From Candidatus Hadarchaeota archaeon (lineage in GTDB: Archaea > Hadarchaeota > Hadarchaeia > Hadarchaeales > JAGGTB01): a DNA stretch of 64,000 bases. The position numbers and the translations under genes are program-made. The stretch lies in NCBI GenBank assembly GCA_964384105.1, contig CAYLJV010000001.1, positions 288,001 through 352,000 of the forward strand, read 5' to 3'. This document shows, piece by piece, positions 9,019 to 19,904 of this stretch (position 1 is the first letter of the stretch; each line of letters begins with the position of its first letter). The notes under the pieces were generated by a model. That model was not told the origin of the DNA, searched no databases, and worked only from the letters and a program-made list of their open reading frames with translations.

Positions 9019-11138
9019 TTAGCCACATAAGGGGCAGATTCCGGTTATCCCACCCCCCGAATATTCGGCTTCTGCTGTTGTAAAATTAGGCGTTTTTTGT
9101 TTTCTGTCTTTTTCCTCTCTTCCTTTGTATAGAACCTGCTCCGATTTACTTCCGTATCTATAGACTGTGATACCTTTGCAATTCAGCTTCCAGGCTAACT
9201 TGTAGATTTTTTCAACATCATGTTTTGTTGCATCTTCGGGTAAATTGATTGTTTTAGATACAGCATTGTCTACATACTTTTGAAAGGCTGCTTGCATCTT
9301 TACATGCCATTTTGGATCTATCTCCAAAGCGGTAACAAAAATTTTCTTTATATCTTCAGGTATTCCCTCAATGTTTTCGAGAGATCCGGTTTTTGCTATT
9401 TCTTCCATTAATTCTCCACTATAGAACCCCCGCTCTTTTGATATTCTTTCAAATAAAGGATTAATTTCAAAGAGCTTATTTCCCTCTAAAACATTTCTCA
9501 TAAAAGCGATAGAGAAAAGAGGCTCTATGCTTGATGAGCAGCCTGCTATAATTGAGATACTTCCTGTGGGTGCTATTGAAGTTACTGTCGCATTTCTCAT
9601 AGATTCATAATTTTCATACCATATGCTCTTTTCGAAATTGGGAAAGGGTCCACGTTTTTTTCCGAGTTCTATGGATTTTTCTCTTGCTTTTTCCGAAATA
9701 AATTTCATGATTTTCTCACCTAGATCGATTGCTTCTTCTGAATCGTAGGGTATTCCAAGTTGTATAAGTAATTCAGCAAATCCCATTACTCCAAGTCCGA
9801 TCTTCCTATTTGCCTTCGCCATTTTTTCTATTTCTGGGTTGGGATATTCGTTTGCGTCGATAACATTATCTAGAAAATGTACGGCAGTTTTTACTATATT
9901 TTCTAGCTTATCCCATCTATCATTTTTTTATTTTTTTCTTCTTTTGCTATTTTGCTTAGATTAATACTCCCGAGGTTACAAGGTTCGTTTGCCAGTAGCG
10001 GAACTTCTCCACAAGGATTTGTAGCTTCTATCCTCCCGATTTGAGGTGTTGGGTTGTGTCTGTTTATTTCGTCTATGAATAGAACGCCGGGATCACCAGA
10101 TTCCCAGGCGTTTTTAGTAATTTGGTTCCAGATCCTTCTGGCTTTCAGTTTTTTTGTAACAGAGTTAGTTCTCGGGTTTATTAGTGGATACTCATCATCG
10201 TTTTCTACAGCTTCCATAAAATCGTCAGATACTGAAACGGAGATATTAAAATTGCTTAGCGGACCCTCCTCAGTTTTTGAATTTATAAATTCATTTATAT
10301 CTGGATGGTTGGCTTGAAGAACGCCCATCATAGCACCTCTTCTTTTCCCTCCCGCTTTTATGACGTCGGTCACGATATCAAAAACTCTCATAAACGAGAC
10401 GGGTCCAGATGCGACTCCTTTTGTGGATCGAACTACGTCACCTCTAGGTCTTAGTTTCGAAAAATTGAAACCTACTCCTCCACCAGTTTGTTCTATTAGA
10501 GCAGTTTTTTTAACAGTAGAAAAGATGCTTTCAAGAGAATCTTCGACTGGAAGAACAAAACAGGCACTTAATTGTCCGAGTGGAGCATTGGCATTGAATA
10601 GAGTAGGGGAATTAGGCAGAAACTCCAGCTTGCTCATTATCTTGAAAAATTTTAGAAAACTTTTTTCCGGTTTTTGTCCATAATTTTTATCGATATTGGA
10701 GATGCTCTCAGCAACTCGATGAAACATTTCTGAAGGTGTCTCGATAATTTCTCCCTTTTCGTTCTTTAACAAGTATCTTTTTTTGAGGACCTCTAGAGCA
10801 TTCACTGTTAGTTTTGGTTCTTCTTCTATCTCGAATTTTTTCTTTAATTCTCTAATTTCCCTCTTCTTCTTTCTGTAATTCTCATATTCTTCAGCAACTT
10901 TTTCATAGTTTTTTTCTTTAAGTGTTTCTACCACAATATCTTGGATTTTTTCTACTGAAGGTATTTCCACTTTGTAATCTTCTTCTAATTTCTTTACTAC
11001 GTAATCCGATATTTTCTTAGATTTTTCTCCGTCTTCTATATTCGCGGCTATTAGTGCCCGATGAATTGCACTTTTTATTCTCTTCTGCTCGAAATCTACT
11101 GTCTTGCCATCTCTTTTTTTAACTTTTGAGATTCTCAT
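9019..11138 (-). pseudogene. nrdJ: Class II (AdoCbl) ribonucleotide reductase with N-terminal ATP cone, split by a 1-nt frameshift near 9915 (error or pseudogene)
   Basis: 5' part: VKKRDG ATP cone, PNSPTL, QLSACFV, NPCGE, CNLGS. The -1 frame continues WDKLENIVKTAVHFLDNVID...RKIGLGVMG, APTGSIS, SKTIN, KGITVYR, CPLCG. Adjacent to cobO. Confidence 0.9.
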
Positions 11139-11508
11139 GACCTTAGGATTTTTTATTCTTTTTGATTAATAGATTATTCTTCACGTAATGAAAGTCCTGT
11201 TTGTTTGGGATAAACATCGGTTAGCGAGAATATGTTGAAAAATCTAGCTTATTGGATTAAAGAAAGAGGCGGGGATAGAAAGAAGATTCAACTACTTTGA
11301 TAATTGAACTAGTTCGAGTGAGTATGATACAATTGATTATTTGAGCAAAATGATTCAAATAAGAGTCAAATTGTTAGATTATTAGTAGAGATTCTTGTTT
11401 TTTTGTGAGAAAGCTAGATAAATGAATAGCTTTTATGTGTAAGGGTAAAAGAATAAATGACTATTTATTTAAAAGAAAAATAAGAGTTTATATTTCGGAG
11501 AGTATTGA

Positions 11509-13194
11509 ATGAGCAAGCTTACTGGAGCTGAAACACTTATAAAGTCCCTAAAAGAAGAGGGTGTTAAGCATATTTTTGGCATTCCCGGCGGTGCTGTAAT
11601 CGAGGTTTATGACGCACTTTATGACGAAGGGGATATTGAGCATATCTTGATGCGTCATGAGCAGGCTGCTGCTCATGCTGCAGATGGATACGCTCGAGTT
11701 ACAGGAGGTCCTGGAGTTTGTATGGCTACATCTGGCCCTGGGGCCCTTAATCTTACTACTGGGATGGCAAATGCTTTAATGGATAGTTCACCGGTGATTG
11801 CAATAACAGGTCAGGTTGCGAAACCCCTTCTTGGCACTGATGCTTTCCAAGAGGCAGATATGCTTAGTACAATGATACCTAATGCTAAACATAATTTCAT
11901 GCTCAGAAATGTAGAGGAGATCCCTGAGAGAGTAAACTATGCATTTAAGATTGCAACTACTGAAAGGCCTGGGCCAGTTCAAATAGATTTTCCTAAAGAT
12001 ATTCAGAAAGATACAGCGGAAGTCGATATCCCTGTTAGAAAAGATTTTGAGAATCTTAAGAAACCGAAAAAAGAGCCGACTGATAGCGAGATAAAGGGAG
12101 CTTTAGAACTTTTGGCAGAAGCTGATAAGCCGCTTATTTTTGCGGGTGGGGGTGTGGTTCTCTCTAAAGCTTGGTCTGGGCTTCGTGATTTGGCAGAAAA
12201 ACTTCACATTCCGGTAGTTACCTCTACGATGGCTAAAGGGGTAATCCCAGAGGACCACCCTCTCTCTCTAGGCATTTTGGGGATGCATGGTCGTATTACG
12301 GCAAATATTGCAGTTACCGAATGTGATGTACTTTTGGCTATCGGTGCGAGGTTCGATGACAGACAGACAGGTGATTTGAAGCATTTTGCACCAAAGGCCG
12401 ATATAATTCATATAGATATAGATCCCGTTGAGATCGGAAAGAATGTCCGAGTTGAGCTTCCAATAGTCGCTGATGCTAAAACCGCATTGGGAAAAATGGC
12501 AGAATATCTTGAATCCAGTTCTATTAGTAGAAGCGAGGATCAGTGGAACGAGCGAATAAATAATCTAAAAAATAAGTTCAAACCGAAAATGGATTATGAC
12601 GATGTGCCAATAAAACCGCAGAGGATTATGAAAGAAATTATGAATGTTTTGAATGATGATGCTATTGTTGCTACTGAGGTAGGTCAATGTCAAATGTGGG
12701 CAGCACACTTCCTAGATATTAAGAAACCACTTAAGTTCATTAATTCAGGGGGATTGGGTACTATGGGATTCGGTTTCCCCGCGGCTATTGGTGCAAAGGT
12801 TGGTCGTCCCGAATGTCAAGTTATAGATATTGCAGGTGATGGAAGCTTCTTAATGAACTCTCAGGAATTGGCTACAGCGGTTGAGGGTGATATTCCAGTG
12901 GTTGTAGCTGTTTTGAACAATAGTTATTTGGGTATGGTTAAGCAATGGCAGGACCTTTTTTATGACGAGAGGAGGTCGGCCACCCATCTTGGCAGCTCGC
13001 CAGACTTCGCTAAATTGGCGGAGGCATATGGTGCACGTGGGTTTAGAGTTACTAAACCTAGCGAAATTGGACCAAATCTTAAGGAAGCTTTTGAGTGTGG
13101 TAAACCAGCTGTTTTGGATATAGTGGTTGATCCAGATGAACATGTTCTCCCCATGGTCCCAGCGGGTGGAAAATTAGATAAGATGTTAACTTGA
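11509..13194 (+). CDS. ilvB: Acetolactate synthase large subunit
   Basis: FGIPGGA, RHEQAA, TSGPG, DAFQE, GMHG, RFDDR, SGGLGTMGFG, GDGSF..N ThDP motif. Confidence 0.96.
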   Translation: MSKLTGAETLIKSLKEEGVKHIFGIPGGAVIEVYDALYDEGDIEHILMRHEQAAAHAADGYARVTGGPGVCMATSGPGALNLTTGMANALMDSSPVIAITGQVAKPLLGTDAFQEADMLSTMIPNAKHNFMLRNVEEIPERVNYAFKIATTERPGPVQIDFPKDIQKDTAEVDIPVRKDFENLKKPKKEPTDSEIKGALELLAEADKPLIFAGGGVVLSKAWSGLRDLAEKLHIPVVTSTMAKGVIPEDHPLSLGILGMHGRITANIAVTECDVLLAIGARFDDRQTGDLKHFAPKADIIHIDIDPVEIGKNVRVELPIVADAKTALGKMAEYLESSSISRSEDQWNERINNLKNKFKPKMDYDDVPIKPQRIMKEIMNVLNDDAIVATEVGQCQMWAAHFLDIKKPLKFINSGGLGTMGFGFPAAIGAKVGRPECQVIDIAGDGSFLMNSQELATAVEGDIPVVVAVLNNSYLGMVKQWQDLFYDERRSATHLGSSPDFAKLAEAYGARGFRVTKPSEIGPNLKEAFECGKPAVLDIVVDPDEHVLPMVPAGGKLDKMLT

Positions 13195-13205
13195 GGAGAA
13201 GATTA

Positions 13206-13688
13206 ATGGCTACTCATATATTTTCAGTATTGTGTAAGAATGAACCGGGTGTGATGATGAGGATAACCCAGGCATTTACCCGAAGACAGGTAAACATGGA
13301 TTCTATTACGGTAGGTATAGAGCCGACAGGAAATGCTAGAATAATAACATTGTTTGAAGCGGATGAGAGAATGGCAGATTTCTTACAGAAAGTTCTAGAG
13401 AGGTTAACTCAGGTCATCGAGGTTGAGGCATTGAGGGAGCAAACTAGTATAGTTCGAGAAATTGCACTTTTAAAGACGAAGCCACTTGAGGGAGAAGAAA
13501 AAGAGAAAACTCTTTATCGTATCGAGGAGATTGGCGGAAGAATTTTAGAGGTAAAGGGGGATGCGATAATAGCAGAGATTTATGGAGATCACGAAAGAAT
13601 TGAGAACGTGATTCAGGATTTGGGTCCAGATGTTCTTAAAGAAGTAGCCCGTTCGGGTCAAGTTTATGTTTCGAAGAAGTTTGATTAG
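13206..13688 (+). CDS. ilvN: Acetolactate synthase small regulatory (ACT) subunit
   Basis: N.PGV..RI...F.RR..N.DSI, REIAL.K, EVARSG; follows ilvB. Confidence 0.88.
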   Translation: MATHIFSVLCKNEPGVMMRITQAFTRRQVNMDSITVGIEPTGNARIITLFEADERMADFLQKVLERLTQVIEVEALREQTSIVREIALLKTKPLEGEEKEKTLYRIEEIGGRILEVKGDAIIAEIYGDHERIENVIQDLGPDVLKEVARSGQVYVSKKFD

Positions 13689-13750
13689 TTAAATATTTCA
13701 GCCATAGAGTTTAAGTAAATGAGTAACTAGATATGTGCGGAGGAAATCAT

Positions 13751-14749
13751 ATGGCTAAAATATACGATGACGAGGATGCAAGTCTTTCTAATTTGGAAGG
13801 TAAGACAATCGCTGTAATAGGTTACGGTAATCAGGGCCATGCCCAGGCATTGAACATGAGAGATTCCGGGTGCGAAGTTATTATCGGAGTTCGAAGAGGC
13901 GGAGATTCTTGGGAAAGAGCAAAGAAGGATGGTTTTGACGTATACGAAATATCGGAAGCTGCTAAGAAGGGCGACATTATTCATATTTTGATACCTGATG
14001 AAGTACAGGCTAAGGTTTACAACGAACAGATCGCCCCGGTAATGGGAGATGGTAAGACAATAGGAGTGAGCCATGCTTTTAACATTCACTTCAAGCAAAT
14101 TGTCCCATCCCACGAAGCCGATGTTGTAATGATTGCACCAAAGGCTCCAGGTCTTTCTGTTAGAAAAACCTACAAGAAGGGTTCCGGTGTTCCTGGATTA
14201 GTCGCGGTAGCTCAGGATTATAGTGGAAACGCTATGGATACTGCTTTGGCCATGGCAAAAGCTGTTGGCCTTACAAGGATCGGAGTTATAGAAACTAGCT
14301 TTAAAGAGGAAGTTGAAACCGATTGGTTTGGAGAGCAGACCGTTCTTGTTGGTGGAGTTTCGGAACTCATCAAAGCTGGATTTGACACTCTAGTGGAAGA
14401 GGGTTATCAACCCGAGATAGCTTACTTCGAATGTCTCAATGAAATGAAGCTTATCGTTGATTTGATATATGAACAGGGGATCGAAGGTATGATGACTAGG
14501 GTAAGCAATACTGCAGAGTATGGCGGTAGAACTAGAGGACCTCGGGTCATAGATGCGAATGTACGAAAAGAGATGAAGAAAATACTCAAGGAAATTAAGG
14601 ATGGAACATTTGCTAAAGAATGGAATACGGAAAACGATAGGGGTATACCCAACCTTAAAAAGATGAGAGAAGAAGCAAAGGATCAACTACTCACAAAAAT
14701 TGGCGAAGAAATCCGCGAATGGGCCAACGTTACTGAACTTGGCGATTAG
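13751..14749 (+). CDS. ilvC: Ketol-acid reductoisomerase
   Basis: IGYGNQGHAQALN, PDE, APKAPG, ETDWFGEQ, AYFECLNE, SNTAEYG. Confidence 0.96.
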   Translation: MAKIYDDEDASLSNLEGKTIAVIGYGNQGHAQALNMRDSGCEVIIGVRRGGDSWERAKKDGFDVYEISEAAKKGDIIHILIPDEVQAKVYNEQIAPVMGDGKTIGVSHAFNIHFKQIVPSHEADVVMIAPKAPGLSVRKTYKKGSGVPGLVAVAQDYSGNAMDTALAMAKAVGLTRIGVIETSFKEEVETDWFGEQTVLVGGVSELIKAGFDTLVEEGYQPEIAYFECLNEMKLIVDLIYEQGIEGMMTRVSNTAEYGGRTRGPRVIDANVRKEMKKILKEIKDGTFAKEWNTENDRGIPNLKKMREEAKDQLLTKIGEEIREWANVTELGD

Positions 14750-14788
14750 ACTTGTATTTGTTTGTGTATAGGTTGTCGAGGCGATTTA

Positions 14789-16456
14789 TTGAAGCATAGA
14801 AGTAGGGAGATAACGGAAGGTCTAGAATCGGCTCCTACTAGAGCCCTTTTGAAGGCCGATGGTCTGAGAGATGAAGATATAGATAAGCCTTTGGTGGCTA
14901 TTGCCAATTCTTGGAATCAGATTGTTCCAGGTCATATTCATCTTAGAGAGTTAGGTGAAAAGGTTGCTGAAGGGATAAAATCAGCTGGTGCTACACCATT
15001 CCAGTTCCATACGATAGGAATGTGTGATGGAATTGGTATGGGTACTCATGGAATGAGATTTTCTTTGCCGTCGAGAGAGATTGTTGCAAATAGTTTAGAA
15101 ATAATGTTGGAGGGACAGAGATTCGATGCAGTTGTTGCGTTAGCCTCATGTGATAAGATCGTTCCGGGTATGTTGATGGGTCTTGCCCGAGTGGATATTC
15201 CTGCTATTATGGTTACCGGTGGTCCAATGCTTCCTGGAGAGTGGAAAGGAAAAAAGTTGGATGTAATAAGCGTTTTCGAGGCTATTGGTGAGGTTAAATC
15301 GGGAAGGATATCTGAAGAGGAAGCAAAAGAGATTGAGAATTTAGCTTGTCCGGGTGCTGGTTCTTGCGCTGGCCTGTTTACGGCTAATACAATGGCTTGT
15401 TTGACCGAGACTATGGGGTTATCCTTGCCAGGTACAGCTACAGCTCATGCCGTACATGAGAAAAAATCGAGAATAGCTTTGGAAGCTGGTGAGCAAATTG
15501 TGAACGTTCTTGAAAAGAATATAAAACCAAGTGATATCCTTACTCCAGAAGCCTTTGACAATGCTATTATAGTTGATATGGCATTGGGCGGATCTACAAA
15601 TACGGTTTTACATCTCCCGGCTATCGCCTCTGAACTCGATATCGAACTTGATCTTGATAGGTTTGATCGTATAGGCCGTAGGATTCCACAAATTGCAAGT
15701 CTTAGACCTGGAGGGGAGCACATGATGTTAGACTTGGAGAACGCGGGTGGTGTTCCGGCAGTTCTCAAAAGGTTAGAAGAAGATCTTAATCTCGATTGTA
15801 TGACTGTGACCGGTCAAACTCTCGCGGAAAACTTGAAAGGAGTGGAAGTAAAGGATGATAGTGTAATCAGGCCCAAGTCTAAACCATTTAGAGAAACCGG
15901 TGGAATTGCTATTTTGAGAGGTAATCTTGCTCCGGATGGGGCAGTTGTGAAATACGGAGCTGTTAGTCCTAAGTTATGGAAACATACCGGACCTGCCAGA
16001 GTTTTTGAATCAGAAGAAGTTGCTGAAAAAGCTATTCTGAATGGAGAGATAAAAAAAGGGGATATTGTGGTAATTAGGTACGAGGGACCCAAGGGCGGTC
16101 CGGGAATGCGGGAGATGCTAGGTCCGACTTCAGCGATTGCAGGTATGGGTATGGTCGAGTCAGTAGCTTTGATAACTGATGGAAGATTCTCAGGTGGAAC
16201 TAGAGGTTTAGCTGTGGGACACGTTTCTCCAGAAGCTGCAGTTGGTGGCCCTATAGCCGCGGTTAATGAGGGTGATGAAATAATGATTGATATAGAAGAT
16301 AGAAAGATAGAGCTTTTGATTGACTCATCTGAGATCAAAAGAAGATTGAAAGATTGGACTCCACCTGAATCAAAGTTTAGCGGGGGATATTTAGATGTCT
16401 ACTCTCGGATAGTGGGTTCAGCTGCAAAAGGTGCGATTCTAACTGGAGACGAGTAA
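14789..16456 (+). CDS. ilvD: Dihydroxy-acid dehydratase
   Basis: CDGI, SLPSRE, CDKIVPG, CAGLFTANTM, GGSTN, GPKGGPGMREM, TDGRFSG, GHVSPEA. Confidence 0.96.
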   Translation: MKHRSREITEGLESAPTRALLKADGLRDEDIDKPLVAIANSWNQIVPGHIHLRELGEKVAEGIKSAGATPFQFHTIGMCDGIGMGTHGMRFSLPSREIVANSLEIMLEGQRFDAVVALASCDKIVPGMLMGLARVDIPAIMVTGGPMLPGEWKGKKLDVISVFEAIGEVKSGRISEEEAKEIENLACPGAGSCAGLFTANTMACLTETMGLSLPGTATAHAVHEKKSRIALEAGEQIVNVLEKNIKPSDILTPEAFDNAIIVDMALGGSTNTVLHLPAIASELDIELDLDRFDRIGRRIPQIASLRPGGEHMMLDLENAGGVPAVLKRLEEDLNLDCMTVTGQTLAENLKGVEVKDDSVIRPKSKPFRETGGIAILRGNLAPDGAVVKYGAVSPKLWKHTGPARVFESEEVAEKAILNGEIKKGDIVVIRYEGPKGGPGMREMLGPTSAIAGMGMVESVALITDGRFSGGTRGLAVGHVSPEAAVGGPIAAVNEGDEIMIDIEDRKIELLIDSSEIKRRLKDWTPPESKFSGGYLDVYSRIVGSAAKGAILTGDE

Positions 16457-16485
16457 CGGGTAGTATAATTTCTAACCGTAACTGA

Positions 16486-16779
16486 TTATTCTCTTTTTTC
16501 TTCCGTTTTTCGAAGGTTCATTAATTCCTCTATTTCATATTCTTTGAATTTGTCAGTTAGCTTATAATATCCATTTGTGATGAGGTATATTCCTACCCCT
16601 CCACCTATTAGCCCGGATAACGTGAAAAATACTTTCAGATTTTCGTAACTCATCTCGTTGGAATGTAGAGAAATCATTAGTGCTATTGGGATTAAGATTA
16701 GGATTATCCCTATTATCACCTGCGAAAAGGCATAGTCTTTTCTAAACAAAATTTTCACCTTCCTATTATTCTCAATCAT
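16486..16779 (-). CDS. Small hypothetical membrane protein (2 TM)
   Basis: ATG-started 97-aa ORF with two hydrophobic segments, filling the ilvD-leuC gap. Confidence 0.55.
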   Translation of the reverse strand: MIENNRKVKILFRKDYAFSQVIIGIILILIPIALMISLHSNEMSYENLKVFFTLSGLIGGGVGIYLITNGYYKLTDKFKEYEIEELMNLRKTEEKRE

Positions 16780-16972
16780 GTCTAATAATTGTGGTAGGTG
16801 GAAAAATGGGAGATTTCTCCTTATTTTTCTAAATGCTTAAGCTTGACTATTTGATTAGATGCTAGCTTTTTTGTTCGATGAGGAATTTACCCGTGAAATT
16901 ATGGATTATAGGTAGATTGGCGAAGGCTTAAAATATTGAGACTGTTATTGTAGATTGACCAAGGGATTCTTT

Positions 16973-18229
16973 ATGAGTATGACGATAGCAGAAAAAATTT
17001 TGGCAGATAAGTCGGGTGAGGCGGAGGTAAAACCAGGAGATGTAGTCGAGGCTGAGATAGACCGAGCTATGGTAAACGATATCACGGCTCCTTTAACTGT
17101 TGACGCTTTGGAAGAATTAGGGCTAGAAAGTGTTTGGGATGCCGAGAAAATAACAATTGTGTTTGATCATCAGTTTCCACCTACAAAAATTGTTGCTGCT
17201 CAGGACCAGTATGATCTCAGAGAGTTTGCTAAGAGGATGAAGATAAATAATCTTTATGGAAGTGGAGAGGGAGTTTGCCATCAAATAATGATGGAGAGGG
17301 GTCATGTTTTGCCAAGTCAACTAGTGGTAGGAGCAGATTCACATACATGTACTTATGGGGCCTTAGGAGCCTTTGCTACAGGTATTGGTTCAACTGATAT
17401 GGCTGCGGTTTTCGCAGAAGGGAAACTTTGGTTCAAAGTTCCAGAAACTATCAAAATAGAAGTTAAAGATCGGTTAAACGGAATGGTGATGCCAAAAGAT
17501 TTGATTCTTAGAATGGTTGGGGATATAGGAGCCGATGGAGCTATTTATAAGGCAATCGAGATAACGGGGTCGGCTATTCATAATATTAGTGTTCCAGGCC
17601 GAATGTCGATGTGTAACATGGGTGTTGAGATGGGTGCTAAGACAGCTATCGTACCGCCAGATGGGAAAACAGAAAAATATTTGGGAAAAAGGACAAATGA
17701 AGATTATTCTCTGACCAAGTCAGATGAAGACGCAGATTATTCAGATGAGCTTTTCTATGATGCTAAAGAAATAGAACCGATGGTGGCTCGTCCTCATAGT
17801 GTTGATAATGTTGTTTCTGTAAGAGAACTTGATGAAACTGAGATTCAGCAGGCTTTTCTTGGTAGTTGTACTAATGGGCGACTCGAAGACTTAACTATTG
17901 CCGCAAGTATTCTTGAAGGAGAAAAGGTTGATTCTGATGTTAGAATGCTGGTCGCACCTGCTTCACAGGAGGTCTATAAACAGGCTCTTCAGGATGGAAT
18001 TATCGATAAACTAGTGAATGCTGGTGCTACTATAGAGAATCCAGGATGTACAACTTGCTGGGGTGGTCATTTGGGAATTCTTGCTCCAGGAGAAGCTTGT
18101 GTTTCTTCCTCTAATCGTAATTTTAAGGGGAGAATGGGTAGTCCGGAAGCAAAAATATATTTAGCGTCGCCAGCTACTGTGGCAGCATCTGCTTTGACAG
18201 GTAAAATAGTAGACCCGAGGGATATATAA
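16973..18229 (+). CDS. leuC: 3-isopropylmalate dehydratase large subunit (archaeal LeuC/HacA family)
   Basis: DH, GVCHQ, GADSHTCT.GA, GSCTNGR, PGCTTC.G, NRNFKGRMG; within the leu/ilv cluster. Confidence 0.9.
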   Translation: MSMTIAEKILADKSGEAEVKPGDVVEAEIDRAMVNDITAPLTVDALEELGLESVWDAEKITIVFDHQFPPTKIVAAQDQYDLREFAKRMKINNLYGSGEGVCHQIMMERGHVLPSQLVVGADSHTCTYGALGAFATGIGSTDMAAVFAEGKLWFKVPETIKIEVKDRLNGMVMPKDLILRMVGDIGADGAIYKAIEITGSAIHNISVPGRMSMCNMGVEMGAKTAIVPPDGKTEKYLGKRTNEDYSLTKSDEDADYSDELFYDAKEIEPMVARPHSVDNVVSVRELDETEIQQAFLGSCTNGRLEDLTIAASILEGEKVDSDVRMLVAPASQEVYKQALQDGIIDKLVNAGATIENPGCTTCWGGHLGILAPGEACVSSSNRNFKGRMGSPEAKIYLASPATVAASALTGKIVDPRDI

Positions 18230-18705
18230 TGACTAAAGTTTGGATTTTTGGTGATGATATTTCGACTGATTTGATAATACCTGGTAGATATTTGATTGAT
18301 AGGGACCCCGAAAAGCTAGCCAAGCATACCATGGAGGGTGCTGACCCAGATTTTGCTGATAACGTCGAAAAAGGCGATGTTATAGTAGCTGGTAAAAACT
18401 TTGGTTGCGGTTCTAGTAGGGAGCATGCTCCTATTTCTTTGAAGGCGGCTGGCGTCTCAGGAATAATTGCTGAATCTTTTGCTAGGATATTCTATAGAAA
18501 TGCGATTAATCAGGGGATTCCAGTTTTAGCATTGGAAAACACTTTGGACAAGTTCGATGAGGGAGATGAAGTAGAAGTGGATTGGAGCGAAGGTGTTATA
18601 AAAAATTTGACACGGGATAAAGAGTTCAAAACAGTTCCATTACCTGAATTATTGAGTGATATTGTGAATGCAGGCGGCCTTCTCGAACGCTTGAAAAAAG
18701 AGTAA
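18229..18705 (+). CDS. leuD: 3-isopropylmalate dehydratase small subunit
   Basis: GDDISTD.IIPGRYL, NFGCGSSREHA, FARIFYRNAIN.G; coupled to leuC. Confidence 0.9.
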   Translation: MTKVWIFGDDISTDLIIPGRYLIDRDPEKLAKHTMEGADPDFADNVEKGDVIVAGKNFGCGSSREHAPISLKAAGVSGIIAESFARIFYRNAINQGIPVLALENTLDKFDEGDEVEVDWSEGVIKNLTRDKEFKTVPLPELLSDIVNAGGLLERLKKE

Positions 18706-18807
18706 GGCTTCAAAGCATCTTAAAACAAAAAGCTTATTATTAAGGGGAAAAGAGAAGTTTCTTATTAGTAGACCTAGACTAGAAAAATGGTTTTCGAGGA
18801 GACTTAA

Positions 18808-19767
18808 ATGGTAAGGTCCAAACAAAAACTAGAAAGCGAGTCGAAATCTGGGTCAAATGAAAATATAAATAAATGTCCTTCTTGTGGCAGTACTACCGTT
18901 ATAAGGGATTATCAAAGAGGGTCTGCTGTTTGTGGGAAATGCGGTCGTGTAATCGAAGATGATATAAAGGATAGAGGGCCAGAATGGAGAGCCTTCAGCC
19001 AAGAACAGAGAGAAGAACGTAGTCGTGGTGGAGCTCCAATGACTTATACCATCCACGATAAGGGTCTTTCCACTAAGATCGATTGGAGAAATAGAGATGG
19101 TAGGGGTAAGAGCCTCTCACCGAAACGCAGATCTCAAATGTATAGGCTTAGAAAATGGCAAAGAAGGTCCAGAGTCTCGAATGCTGATGAGAGAAACTTG
19201 GCGTATGCACTTTCTGAGTTAGACCGGATGTCTTCACACCTTGGTCTTCCAAGGAATGTTCGAGAAACAGCTTCTATGATCTATCGTGAGGCAGTCGATA
19301 AACATCTGATAAGAGGTCGTTCTATCGAGGGTGTTTCCTCAGCGGCTTTGTATGCAGGATGCAGGAAATGCCAGGTTCCCAGAACTCTAGAGGAAATTGC
19401 GGAAGCATCTAGGGTAGATAAAAGAGAGATAAGTAGAAGTTATCGTTTTATTTCTCGGGAATTAGATATTCATTTGGAGCCAACAAACCCCGTTTCTTAC
19501 GTTTCTCGGTTCGGAAGCGAGTTAGGAATTTCTGGAGAGGCTCGAACAAAAGCTATCGAGATCATAAAAAAGGCGAAGGAAAAGAAGTTAACTTCTGGTA
19601 GAGGACCCACAGGGATGGCAGCAGCAGCGATATATGTAGCCAGTGTGATGTGTGGTGAGAGAAGAACTCAGCGTGATGCGGCAGAAGTTGCTAATGTTAC
19701 GGAAGTTACGGTTAGAAACAGGTATAAGGAACTCGTAGAGGAACTCGATCTAGATTTTGATATCTAA
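18808..19767 (+). CDS. tfb: Transcription initiation factor IIB
   Basis: Zn ribbon CPSC...CGKC, GPEWRAF B-reader, two cyclin repeats, [12 protein letters not shown]. Confidence 0.97.
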   Translation: MVRSKQKLESESKSGSNENINKCPSCGSTTVIRDYQRGSAVCGKCGRVIEDDIKDRGPEWRAFSQEQREERSRGGAPMTYTIHDKGLSTKIDWRNRDGRGKSLSPKRRSQMYRLRKWQRRSRVSNADERNLAYALSELDRMSSHLGLPRNVRETASMIYREAVDKHLIRGRSIEGVSSAALYAGCRKCQVPRTLEEIAEASRVDKREISRSYRFISRELDIHLEPTNPVSYVSRFGSELGISGEARTKAIEIIKKAKEKKLTSGRGPTGMAAAAIYVASVMCGERRTQRDAAEVANVTEVTVRNRYKELVEELDLDFDI

Positions 19768-19787
19768 ATTAACTGAATTCTTAAACT

Positions 19788-19802
19788 TCTTTTTATTTTT
19801 TT
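19788..19802 (+). terminator. Oligo-T archaeal terminator after tfb
   Basis: T-rich tract about 20 nt after the stop codon. Confidence 0.45.
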
Positions 19803-19904
19803 GAAAGTTCCTTGAGTCGTGCATATTTTTAAGTTTGTATTTAAAAACTGAGTAGGAATTATAAAGTTTGAGCTTAATTATTGTGTGATTAGATATCGCG
19901 AAGG

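Noticed and set aside
9894-9905. Pyrrolysine or readthrough of the nrdJ TAG
   Set aside because: The same frame hits another TAG after two codons, and the conserved sequence continues in a different frame.
9930-9937. Slippery heptamer A AAA AAT in nrdJ as a programmed -1 frameshift site
   Set aside because: A -1 slip there reads AAA AAA TAA, an immediate stop, so it cannot join the two halves.
11139-11508. 370-bp nrdJ/ilvB intergenic region as riboswitch, leader peptide or gene remnant
   Set aside because: Only short ORFs (e.g. MKVLFVWDKHRLARIC) without Ile/Leu/Val runs, and no convincing structure or cobalamin riboswitch motif by eye.
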